A stretch of DNA of 64,000 nt from Geobacteraceae bacterium GWC2_53_11 (GTDB taxonomy: Bacteria > Desulfobacterota > Desulfuromonadia > Geobacterales > Pseudopelobacteraceae): assembly GCA_001802645.1 (NCBI GenBank), contig MGZJ01000041.1, positions 83,422-147,421 of the forward strand. Reading direction: 5' to 3'. Below are positions 28,220 through 37,031 of the stretch, in pieces; the stretch's first letter is position 1, and the number at the start of each line of letters is the position of its first letter. Both the position numbers and the translations under genes were made by a program. The notes under the pieces were generated by a model. The model was not told where the DNA came from and searched no databases. It worked only from the letters and a program-made list of their open reading frames with translations.

Positions 28220-29917
28220 CTAGGATACCTTGACCTTGACCACCTCATTGCCGTTGACATCCATCACGTGGACGGCACAGGCAAGGCAGGGGTCGAAGGA
28301 GTGGATGGTGCGCAGGATTTCCAGCGGCTTGTTGATATCCGCCACCGGCGTACCCACCAGAGCGGCTTCGTACGGGCCGCGCTGCCCCTTGGCGTCGCGG
28401 GGCGAGGCGTTCCAGGTGGACGGCACCACCGCCTGATAGTTGAGGATTTTCTGGTCCTTGATCTTGATCCAGTGCCCGAGCGCACCACGGGGAGCCTCGT
28501 GGAAGCCGTACCCCTTGGCTTCAGCCGGCCAGGTGGACGGATCCCAGCTTTCCCCATTGTGGATGCGGTAATCGCCCTTGGAGATGTTGCCGATCAGTTC
28601 ATCGAGCCACTTTGGCGTCTGTTGGGCCACCAGCAGGCAATCGATCCCTCGGGCCGCAGTGCGGCCAAGTGTGGAGAACAGCGCCGGAGCACCGACCCCC
28701 AGCTTGCCGAGCACCAGATCAACCACCGCCTTGGTTTCCTTGTGGCCCGATGCATAAGCCACCAGAATGCGAGCCAGCGGGCCGACTTCCATGGACTTTT
28801 CTTCGTAGCGCGGCGATTTTACGAATGAATATTTCGCATCGGTGTCGAGATTCTTGTACGGCGGCTTCGGCCCGGTATAACGGACTTCGGTCTCACCTTC
28901 GAACGGATGCAGACCTTTTCCGGCTCCGGCACTATTGTCGAACCAGGAGTGATCGACGTATTCGGCAATTTTGCCCTGATCGACCGGAATAACCTTGGAC
29001 AGATCCTTGTTCAGAATTGCTCCGGCCGGGAACCACTGGTTGCCACCGGCATCCGGGAACTCGCCGTAGGAGAGATAATTGCCGACCCCCTCGCCTATTC
29101 CGGCCCACTCCTTGTAGAACGAGGCAACGGCCAGCAGGTCCGGGATGTAGACCTTCTCCACAAAATCCTGGGCTTTCTTCAGCAGACGCTTTATTTCAAT
29201 CAGCTTGTCAGCGTTGAGGGCGTTCTGGGAATCGGGGTCGATGGGAATCGACATGCCGCCCACCAGGAAGGTCTGGGGATGCGGGTTCTTGCTCCCCAGG
29301 ATGGCGTGAATCTTGATGACGTCCTTCTGCCACTCCAGCGCTTCAAGGTAATGGGCAGTCGCCATCAGGTTGGCTTCGGGGGGCAGCTTGTAGGCGGGAT
29401 GCCCCCAGTAGGCGTTGGCAAAGGGGCCGAGACGGCCGGAGGCGACAAAGGCCTTGACCTTGTCCTGCACACCCTTGAAATAGGTGGCCGAATTGTTCGG
29501 CCAGTCGGACAGCGACGCCGCCAACGCCGCCGTTTTGGCCGGGTCGGCTTTCAGGCCGGAGGTGATGTCAACCCAGTCGAGGGCGTGCAGGTGATAGAAG
29601 TGGATGACGTGATCCTGCACGTTCTGGATGCCCATGATGATGTTGCGGATCAGCTGGGCATTGGGCGGGATTTTAATCTTGAGGGCATCCTCAACGGCCC
29701 GGATGGAAGCAATTGAGTGCACGGTGGTGCAGACGCCGCAGAAGCGCTGCGTCCAGAACCAGGCGTCACGGGGATCTCGCCCCTTGAGGATTTTCTCGAT
29801 GCCGCGAAACATGGTAGCGGAGCTCCAGGCGTCTTTTATCCTGCCCCCCTCGATCTCGGCTTCGATGCGCAGGTGTCCTTCTATGCGGGTAATCGGATCT
29901 ACAACAATCCTGGCCAT
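28220..29917 (-). CDS. hyaB: Group-1 [NiFe]-hydrogenase large subunit
   Basis: RIVVDPITRIEGHLRIE, RFCGVCTTVH (L1) and C-terminal DPCLACAVH, followed by a 15-aa cleavable tail. Confidence 0.95.
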   Translation of the reverse strand: MARIVVDPITRIEGHLRIEAEIEGGRIKDAWSSATMFRGIEKILKGRDPRDAWFWTQRFCGVCTTVHSIASIRAVEDALKIKIPPNAQLIRNIIMGIQNVQDHVIHFYHLHALDWVDITSGLKADPAKTAALAASLSDWPNNSATYFKGVQDKVKAFVASGRLGPFANAYWGHPAYKLPPEANLMATAHYLEALEWQKDVIKIHAILGSKNPHPQTFLVGGMSIPIDPDSQNALNADKLIEIKRLLKKAQDFVEKVYIPDLLAVASFYKEWAGIGEGVGNYLSYGEFPDAGGNQWFPAGAILNKDLSKVIPVDQGKIAEYVDHSWFDNSAGAGKGLHPFEGETEVRYTGPKPPYKNLDTDAKYSFVKSPRYEEKSMEVGPLARILVAYASGHKETKAVVDLVLGKLGVGAPALFSTLGRTAARGIDCLLVAQQTPKWLDELIGNISKGDYRIHNGESWDPSTWPAEAKGYGFHEAPRGALGHWIKIKDQKILNYQAVVPSTWNASPRDAKGQRGPYEAALVGTPVADINKPLEILRTIHSFDPCLACAVHVMDVNGNEVVKVKVS

Positions 29918-29920
29918 ATG

Positions 29921-31075
29921 TTATCCCTCCTTGGGTTCTTGGGGTTCTTTATCCTTGCGCAGCGCATTCAGAGCGCCATGAACAGCGAAGGCCGCAGCGG
30001 CACCAGCCACCAGGCCGAGACCGATCTTGTCGGCGGTAGCCTCGATGCCGAAGCCGGGAACATTGGGCAGACGGTGATACATCGGCCCCATGGTATCCCA
30101 GAAGTCCGGCTCGGAACAACCGGCACAGCCGTGGCCGGATGCCACCGGCCAGCTGGTTTTCTCGTTATAGCGCTGGGTCGGGCAGTTGTGGAACGTAGCC
30201 GGCCCCTTGCACCCCATCTTGTAGAGGCAGAATCCTTTGCGATGGGCGTCGTCGCCCCAGTGCTCCACATACTGGCCGGCATCGAAGTGCGGACGGCGCT
30301 CGCAGTTGTCGTGAATACGCTTGCCGTAGGCGAACAGCGGACGCCCCTTGCTGTCCATGGCCGGAATCTTGCCGAACACCAGGTAATGGACCACCGTGGC
30401 GGTCAGGTTGTCGGCGTTGCACGGACAGCCGGGCAGGTTGATGACCGTAGCCCCCGGCACCGCTTCCATGACGCCGACAGCGCCGGTCGGGTTGGGGGTT
30501 CCGGCGGCAATACCGCCGTACGATGCGCAGGTACCGATGGCAATGGTTGCCAGGGCGCTGCCGCAGACCCGGCGGGCAATTTCCAGATGCGTCTTGCCGC
30601 TGGTGCAGCCGTAAATACCGCCATCCTTCATGGAGATTGAACCTTCGACGACACAGAGGTATTTGCCTTTGTACTTGGTGATGGTGCTTTCCAGCGCCTC
30701 GTCAGCCTGGTGTCCGGCGGCGGCCATAATCGTCTCATGATAATCCACCGACAGGATATCGAGGATGATTTCGCCGACGGTCGGGTTGGCCGCGCGCAGC
30801 AGCGCCTCGCTGTCGCCGGTGCAGTCCTGGAAGTTCAGCCAGACCAGGGTCGGACGCTTGACCTCGTCCAGCGCCTGCGCCACCGAAGGCGCAAACGACG
30901 CCGGCAGCGACATTGCCGCTGTCATGGCGGAACAGAACTTGAGGAAGTCACGCCGGGACACCCCGCGCTGTTTGAGAATTTCTCCGACGGAGTACTCCTG
31001 CTGTTCAGAATCCTGGCTTACGTCGCCGCGTTGCTTGACCGAATCAACTTCGGTGTCCACTTTTTGTTTGCTCAT
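29921..31075 (-). CDS. hyaA: [NiFe]-hydrogenase small subunit (Tat-exported)
   Basis: Twin-arginine signal SRRDFLKFCSAMTAAM and Fe-S Cys patterns. ORF 29921..31153 trimmed to ATG 31075 (AAAGGGAGG upstream). Confidence 0.9.
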   Translation of the reverse strand: MSKQKVDTEVDSVKQRGDVSQDSEQQEYSVGEILKQRGVSRRDFLKFCSAMTAAMSLPASFAPSVAQALDEVKRPTLVWLNFQDCTGDSEALLRAANPTVGEIILDILSVDYHETIMAAAGHQADEALESTITKYKGKYLCVVEGSISMKDGGIYGCTSGKTHLEIARRVCGSALATIAIGTCASYGGIAAGTPNPTGAVGVMEAVPGATVINLPGCPCNADNLTATVVHYLVFGKIPAMDSKGRPLFAYGKRIHDNCERRPHFDAGQYVEHWGDDAHRKGFCLYKMGCKGPATFHNCPTQRYNEKTSWPVASGHGCAGCSEPDFWDTMGPMYHRLPNVPGFGIEATADKIGLGLVAGAAAAFAVHGALNALRKDKEPQEPKEG

Positions 31076-31180
31076 CCAAGACCTCCCTTTCGTATGGGTT
31101 AGCTGCCGTTTGCACCTGATTCCATGACAACCGTCCGGTATCTGCACGTACACATTCGAATACTAAAACGTTTTTATAAA

Positions 31181-31196
31181 AGCACGAAGCATGCCA
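31181..31196 (-). promoter_or_regulatory. Sigma-54 (-24/-12) promoter for the hydrogenase operon
   Basis: Minus strand TGGCATG-CTTC-GTGCT against consensus TGGCACG-N4-TTGCW, with correct GG-N10-GC spacing. Lies about 100 nt upstream of ATG 31075. Confidence 0.55.
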
Positions 31197-31892
31197 ACAC
31201 TACTACAGCCGTAAAGCGTGATCACCCTAATTATAACGCTTTGTATTTGTGATATATTTTATAATAACAAACAAATTTTTAAATATTCTGAAACCACCAC
31301 AGAGTTTCTTTTGAGCCAATACTGACACAAAAATCACGTATTCACACCGGCCAGACACGCGCACCAATAAACGGAACGCCTCCACACTATTCAATTAACA
31401 CTAGTTATTTTGTATAGTTGCATCACATAAACCCCTCAGACACATCACATCCCAGCCACGTCACTACAATTGCTAAATTTCAGTGTACCAATCAGGCAAT
31501 AGCACCATCTTTTCAGAAAAACAGGACAATCTTCACCAGAATATATGTAGACTACCACCAAATCTGTATATCGCAAATTACTTGCAGAAAAAGCGTTCTA
31601 CAACTACTATTATTTCCATAACAGATATCGTACTCAACTGCATTAAAGATTCAATACGTCCGACATGGCGATAAATACAGCTTATAAAATCAGCATATTG
31701 TACAATTTGACAACTTGCCGTTTATTATGTGACATAGTTTTGAACATCGATCTGCAAGCACACTACAGGACAAGGGCGCGGCATCAGCCCTGCCACGTTG
31801 TGCCACATCAGGCGCAATACATGCCGGTTGTGCCACAATATGCACAAACAAGGATATCAGTCCCCATCTGAGGCGAGAACACGTGAGGTGAT

Positions 31893-34211
31893 ATGGCATC
31901 AATAGTGACACTCAAGGATAAATGCCGGAAATGCTACACCTGTGTCCGGAATTGCCCGGTCAAGGCAATCAAGGGAAAGACGACCCATACAGAAGTCATC
32001 TACGAGCGCTGCATCGGCTGCGGCAAGTGTGTTAATAACTGCCCGCAAAAGGCCAAGGTGTTTAACGACAAGGTTGCCTCCATGGAACGCCTGCTGGCAT
32101 CGGGGCAACTGGTTGTGGCCGTGCTGGGGGGTGATTTCCCGGCGTTTTTCCATAATGCTTCTCCGGGACAGCTGGTGGCCGGGCTGAAACAGCTCGGTTT
32201 TGCCGAAGTCCACGAAGGAGCCTACGGTGTCGAACTGGTGGCCGTCGAGTATGCCAGCGCCATCGAGGTTGCCACCACCCCGCTCATCTCATCCCACTGC
32301 CCCGCCATTGTCGATCTCATCGAGCGGCACTACCCGAAACTCATCAACAACCTCATCGAAGTTGTCTCGCCCATGGTAGCCATGGGGCGGTTCCTGAAGG
32401 GAGTTCTGGGCGCCGAAGTGAAGGTGGCCTACATCAGCTCCTGCAACGGCGCAAAGCTGGAGATCGAGTCTGAGGAGGTCCGGGGCGCCATCGACATCGT
32501 ACTGACCTGGCGGGAACTGAGCAGCCTGTTCAAAAGCCGTTCCCTCGACATCGCCACCATGGAAGAAGGTTCCTTCGACGGCATCGAACCCTACCTGGGA
32601 CGCCTCTTCCCGATCACCGAAGGCTCCTTCCGGGTCCTTCCCATCGTCACCGACCTGCTGGACGGCAAGATTGTCACCGCCACGGGAGAAGTCAATGTCA
32701 TGGAGATCATCAGCGACCTGGCACAGGGGCGCATTACGCCGCAGATCGCCGACATCCGCTTCTGCTACAACGGCTGCATCGGCGGTCCCGGCATGAGCCA
32801 GGAACTGACCAGCTTCTTCAAGCGCAATCTGGTCATATCCCATTTCCGGAGCGATGTCCCGTACCAGACCGCTTCCCATTACCTGGACATGAAGATAACC
32901 CCGCACCTGGCGCGCTCTTTTTCCAACCGGTTCGTCAAACTTAATGCTACCAAAGCAGGCGACATCACCAAAATACTCAACGCCACCAGCAAGTACACTC
33001 AGAAGGATGAGTTGAACTGCAGCGCCTGCGGCTACAAAACCTGCCGCGAATACTCGGTGGCAGTGCATCAGGGGCTGGCCAATCTGGAAATGTGCCTGCC
33101 GTACAACCTCCAGCAACTTGAAGAAGACCGGGGACGGCTCATGCAGAAATACGAACTGGCCCAGCGGGAACTGAACCGGGAGTACGGTGACGAGTTCATC
33201 ATCGGCAACGACAAAAAGACCCGGGAAGTGCTCGACCTGATCAAGCAGGTCGGCCCGACGCCGACAACCGTGCTGATTCGCGGCGAATCGGGCACCGGCA
33301 AGGAGCTTATTGCCCGGGCCATCCATCGCTACAGCAAAAAAAATGACAAACCGCTCGTCACGGTCAACTGTACTACCATCACGGATTCCCTGCTGGAAAG
33401 CGAACTGTTCGGCCATCGGAAAGGGGCGTTTACGGGGGCGGACGCCCACAAGATAGGACTGTTCGAGGCGGCGGACGGCGGCACCATTTTCCTCGACGAA
33501 ATCGGCGACATCACCCCGAAGCTCCAGGCGGAACTGCTGCGGGTGCTGGACAGCGGCGAAGTGCGGCCGGTTGGCGGGACAAGTTCAAAAAAAGTGGATG
33601 TACGCCTGATTGCGGCGACCAACAAAAATCTGGAAGAAGGGATTACCCAGGGATGGTTCCGAGAAGACCTTTATTACCGTCTGAACGTCTTTACCATTAC
33701 AACCCCTCCCCTGCGCAGCAGGGTCGAGTCCATTCCACTGCTTGCCCAACATTTCCTGGAAAAGGCCGGCGCCAAGCTTAACAAGAAGATCGTCAGCATA
33801 GAAAAGAGGGCGATCCAGGCCATGTCCCACTACCCCTGGTCCGGCAATATCCGGGAGATGCAGAATGTTATTGAACGGGCTGCGGTACTCACGCTCGACG
33901 ACACCATCCGGCTGGAACACCTGCCCCATTCCTTTTCCGAATATCATCCCGTGGAAAGTGGCGGCACATCCGCGCCCCGGACATCATTCCTGGCTGCTCG
34001 CGAGCGGCATGTGAGCACGGTGGAAAAAGACCTTATCCAACAATATCTGGCCGAAGCGCACGGACACGTGTCGCAGGCGGCCCAGCGGGCGGACATCCCG
34101 CGCAGAACGTTCTACCGTCTGTTGGAGAAATACGGACTTAAAGGAAGGGAGATAAAGGCACGTATCAAGGCTAACAACGTACCGCAGAACAGCAGGAACA
34201 ACCAAACTTAA
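31893..34211 (+). CDS. Sigma-54-dependent transcriptional activator with N-terminal 2x[4Fe-4S] ferredoxin + [FeFe]-hydrogenase-like (HydS-like) sensor domain
   Basis: CRKCYTCVRNCP and CIGCGKCVNNCP. H-cluster-like motifs SSHCP, SSCNGAK and FCYNGCIGGPG. Also CSACGYKTCx16C. AAA+ Walker A GESGTGKE, GAFTGA loop, and C-terminal Fis-type HTH. Confidence 0.85.
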   Translation: MASIVTLKDKCRKCYTCVRNCPVKAIKGKTTHTEVIYERCIGCGKCVNNCPQKAKVFNDKVASMERLLASGQLVVAVLGGDFPAFFHNASPGQLVAGLKQLGFAEVHEGAYGVELVAVEYASAIEVATTPLISSHCPAIVDLIERHYPKLINNLIEVVSPMVAMGRFLKGVLGAEVKVAYISSCNGAKLEIESEEVRGAIDIVLTWRELSSLFKSRSLDIATMEEGSFDGIEPYLGRLFPITEGSFRVLPIVTDLLDGKIVTATGEVNVMEIISDLAQGRITPQIADIRFCYNGCIGGPGMSQELTSFFKRNLVISHFRSDVPYQTASHYLDMKITPHLARSFSNRFVKLNATKAGDITKILNATSKYTQKDELNCSACGYKTCREYSVAVHQGLANLEMCLPYNLQQLEEDRGRLMQKYELAQRELNREYGDEFIIGNDKKTREVLDLIKQVGPTPTTVLIRGESGTGKELIARAIHRYSKKNDKPLVTVNCTTITDSLLESELFGHRKGAFTGADAHKIGLFEAADGGTIFLDEIGDITPKLQAELLRVLDSGEVRPVGGTSSKKVDVRLIAATNKNLEEGITQGWFREDLYYRLNVFTITTPPLRSRVESIPLLAQHFLEKAGAKLNKKIVSIEKRAIQAMSHYPWSGNIREMQNVIERAAVLTLDDTIRLEHLPHSFSEYHPVESGGTSAPRTSFLAARERHVSTVEKDLIQQYLAEAHGHVSQAAQRADIPRRTFYRLLEKYGLKGREIKARIKANNVPQNSRNNQT

Positions 34212-34224
34212 GTACCAAACCTTA

Positions 34225-34296
34225 CCACCCCTAACCCCTCCTAAAATAGGAGGGGGATTTTAGCTCCCCTCCTTACAAAGGAGGGGCTGGGGGTGG
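34225..34296. repeat. REP-like composite palindromic element (same family as 5974-6081)
   Basis: CCACCCC, then hairpin CCCCTCCT-aaaat-AGGAGGGG, then hairpin CTCCCCTCCTT-acaa-AGGAGGGGC, then TGGGGGTGG. Lies between convergent genes. Confidence 0.6.
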
Positions 34297-34313
34297 TTGG
34301 GTTTTGTGTATTC

Positions 34314-36566
34314 CTACTTCTTCTTCGATTTTTTCTTCTGCTTGAGGGATTCCTTCTGGCGCCATTTGGTTCGGGCGATCAGCAGCTGATGACTCCCCTC
34401 CCCCTGCCCGTCGGCCCCGCGCTGAACATAACTGCCGTCCGGCTGCATATCCCAGGCTGAGCGCTGATCGGCCAGATGCGTATCAAAGATCACCTTCAGC
34501 TCCCTGGTCAATTCAGGCAATTCAACCGGACAGAGAATCTCGACCCGCGCCTCCAGGTTGCGTTTCATGGCATCGGCCGAGGCGATGAAATACTCTTCGG
34601 CCCCGCCGTTGTGGAAATAATAGATGCGGGCATGCTCCAGAAACCGCCCCACCACGCTGACCACCCGGATAGTGTCGGACAGCCCCGGAATGCCGGGACG
34701 CAGTCGGCAGGTATCCCGCACAACCAGATCAATCTTCACCCCGGCCATTGAAGCCCGGTACAGCGCCCGCACCACATCGCCATCTTCCAGAGCGTTTACC
34801 TTGAACTGAATCGCTCCGCCGCCGGAGACCTGATGCAGCGCAATCTCCCGCTCAATCTTGTCGAGCAGCGTTTTTTTCAGCATCCGGGGCGCAATGGCCA
34901 GCTTCGAATACTTCCGTTTCAGCATGAAGCCGGTAGTAAGAAAATTGAACAGCTCCGTGACATCCTCCGCAACGACCTGATCACAGGTGAGCATACCGAC
35001 GTCGCTGTACAACCGGGCGGTCTCCGCATGATAATTGCCGGTGCCGATATGAAGATAGCGCCGCAGGCCGTTATAATCCTGGCGCACTACCATGATGACC
35101 TTGCAGTGGGTTTTCAGACCGACAACGCCGTAGGTGACGTGGATACCCGCCTCCTCCATCCGCTCCGCCAGGCTGATGTTGGTCGCCTCGTCAAAACGGG
35201 CCTTCAATTCAACCACAACGGCAACCTGCTTGCCGTTGTGCGCGGCCAGAATCAGGGCGTCGATTATGCGGCTCTGCCGCGAGGTGCGGTAGAGCGTCAT
35301 CTTGATGCCGCGCACCTTGGGGTCGGTCGCCGCCTCGCGCAGAAAACGTTCTACCGATGTGGAAAACGACTCATAGGGGTGCTGCAGCAGGATCGCACCG
35401 GCATCACGGATGATGTGGAAGATATTGCGCTGGGTCTGCAACTGCGGATGATCGACCGGATGATGCGGCGCGTCATGCAGACGGGGAAAGTCCAGCTTCG
35501 TCAACTCAAACAGATCACGCATCGCCAGCAAACCGGGGACTTCAAACACATCGGTCGCTTCATCCAGCTCCAGCTCCGCCGCCAATCGCCCCTTGTGTAA
35601 TGGTTCCATGCCGCCGCCGATCTCAAGACGCACAATCGGGGCAAATTTCCGCTCCTTTAGCTCCGATTCGATCATCTCCATCAGGTCGTCGGCTTCATCT
35701 TCATCCTTTTCCGTATTGGCGTTTCTGGTGACCCGGAACAGCTCGCACGACACGATTTCCATCCCCGGAAACAGCATATCCAGGTTGTTCATCATAACCT
35801 CTTCGAGCCGAATAAAATGCTCCCCCTTGCCGACCCTGATAAAGCGCGGCGTCCCGGCATCTACCGGAACCTTGATCCGTACCAGCGAGCTATGCTTGGT
35901 CTTCGGATAACGCAGTGACACCAGCAGGTTGAGCGACAGGTTGGAGATGAACGGAAAGGGATGGGCAGGGTCGATTGACTGGGGGGTCAGGAGCGGAAAA
36001 ATATTCGTATAGTAGAACTCCCTCAGCAGCTTCTTTTCCTTGGGGGTCAGCTCAACATAGCACTCGATCAGGATATTTTTCTCTTCCAGCAGTGCACAGA
36101 CTTCGTGGAACAGCCGTTCCTTGTCCGCTTCGAGGGCACGAACCTCGGCGTAGCACTCAGTCACCTGCTGACGGGCGGTGCGACCGTCGAGCGTCAGTTC
36201 ACGCATCCCGGCCCCGATCTGCTGTTTCAGGCCGCCGATGCGTTTCATAAAGAATTCGTCCAGATTGCTGCTGACAATGGCAATGAACTTGAGACGTTCC
36301 AGCAGCGGGGTGCGCTCGTCCTCGGCCTCATGCAGCACGCGACGGTTGAACGCCAACCAGGTCAGTTCCCGATTCAGGAACCACTGGCTGTCGTGCAGAT
36401 CGAATGCAGGAGCAACCGGAGGCTGTCCTTGCAGAGGTTCGATACGATCCGCCGATTTGATGTTTTTTGTTTTTTTGGTTTTGGCCGGTTTGCCCGAAAC
36501 AACGGCTTCCGGCTCAACTCTTGTTTTCTTGGATGACTGTTTCTTTTTAGATAGGACTGTTTTCAC
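34314..36566 (-). CDS. ppk: Polyphosphate kinase 1
   Basis: 750 aa, PPK1-like throughout (WLAFNRRVLHEAED, two PLD-like HxK regions). Has a Lys-rich N-terminal extension, so the true start may be internal. Confidence 0.9.
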   Translation of the reverse strand: MKTVLSKKKQSSKKTRVEPEAVVSGKPAKTKKTKNIKSADRIEPLQGQPPVAPAFDLHDSQWFLNRELTWLAFNRRVLHEAEDERTPLLERLKFIAIVSSNLDEFFMKRIGGLKQQIGAGMRELTLDGRTARQQVTECYAEVRALEADKERLFHEVCALLEEKNILIECYVELTPKEKKLLREFYYTNIFPLLTPQSIDPAHPFPFISNLSLNLLVSLRYPKTKHSSLVRIKVPVDAGTPRFIRVGKGEHFIRLEEVMMNNLDMLFPGMEIVSCELFRVTRNANTEKDEDEADDLMEMIESELKERKFAPIVRLEIGGGMEPLHKGRLAAELELDEATDVFEVPGLLAMRDLFELTKLDFPRLHDAPHHPVDHPQLQTQRNIFHIIRDAGAILLQHPYESFSTSVERFLREAATDPKVRGIKMTLYRTSRQSRIIDALILAAHNGKQVAVVVELKARFDEATNISLAERMEEAGIHVTYGVVGLKTHCKVIMVVRQDYNGLRRYLHIGTGNYHAETARLYSDVGMLTCDQVVAEDVTELFNFLTTGFMLKRKYSKLAIAPRMLKKTLLDKIEREIALHQVSGGGAIQFKVNALEDGDVVRALYRASMAGVKIDLVVRDTCRLRPGIPGLSDTIRVVSVVGRFLEHARIYYFHNGGAEEYFIASADAMKRNLEARVEILCPVELPELTRELKVIFDTHLADQRSAWDMQPDGSYVQRGADGQGEGSHQLLIARTKWRQKESLKQKKKSKKK

Positions 36567-36896
36567 ATACTCTCCATGTTCAGCAACATTTTCATATCAT
36601 AGTTTGAATTGTACTTACTTTGAGCCAGCCTGCAACCGGTTTGATGAATCGTGACGTTAAAAAGGTAACATACAGGCCGCACGCGAGCGGTTTCGCCATT
36701 GCCAATCAGCTTCAAGCTGCAACTCCTATTGCATCATATCAATAGTAGTTGCAACCTTTCAGATGAACTCATGCAAGGTTCCGTACCAGTAACACTCTCC
36801 ATCACTGCAAGATATGTTGCTAGCACATCATACGACCTCAATCCTGCCATTTACCATAACTGTCTGTATTTACTTACAAACGTTCAACATCAAATA

Positions 36897-36912
36897 TGGC
36901 ACAAACAGTGCT
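36897..36912 (+). promoter_or_regulatory. Sigma-54 (-24/-12) promoter upstream of the multicopper oxidase gene
   Basis: TGGCACA-AACA-GTGCT with correct GG-N10-GC spacing, about 120 nt upstream of ATG 37032. Confidence 0.5.
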
Positions 36913-37031
36913 CACTGATGTCACGCAGTTCTTCTGTTTTGACATACGGTTTTCACATAAGCCGGGATGATGAACGTGGAACACAACAGAGCCGAGCAGG
37001 ATTCAGTTCACAGGGGAAAAGGAGACATAGT

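Noticed and set aside
28907-30640. 269-aa and 307-aa plus-strand ORFs
   Set aside because: Shadow ORFs opposite the [NiFe]-hydrogenase large and small subunit genes.
31791-31840. TGGCAC-containing sequences (minus strand) considered as sigma-54 promoters
   Set aside because: The GG-to-GC spacing is 8 or 9 nt rather than 10, and they lie about 700 nt from the hya start. They are kept only as candidate protein-binding repeats.
32289-33449. 386-aa minus-strand ORF
   Set aside because: Shadow ORF opposite the sigma-54 activator. The Walker A, GAFTGA and Fe-S motifs are all on the plus strand.
36699-37031. 111-aa N-terminal extension of the MCO ORF (TTG start at 36699)
   Set aside because: The extension has no signal peptide and no RBS, and it would overlap the predicted sigma-54 promoter. 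ATG 37032 has GGAG upstream and is followed by a canonical signal peptide.
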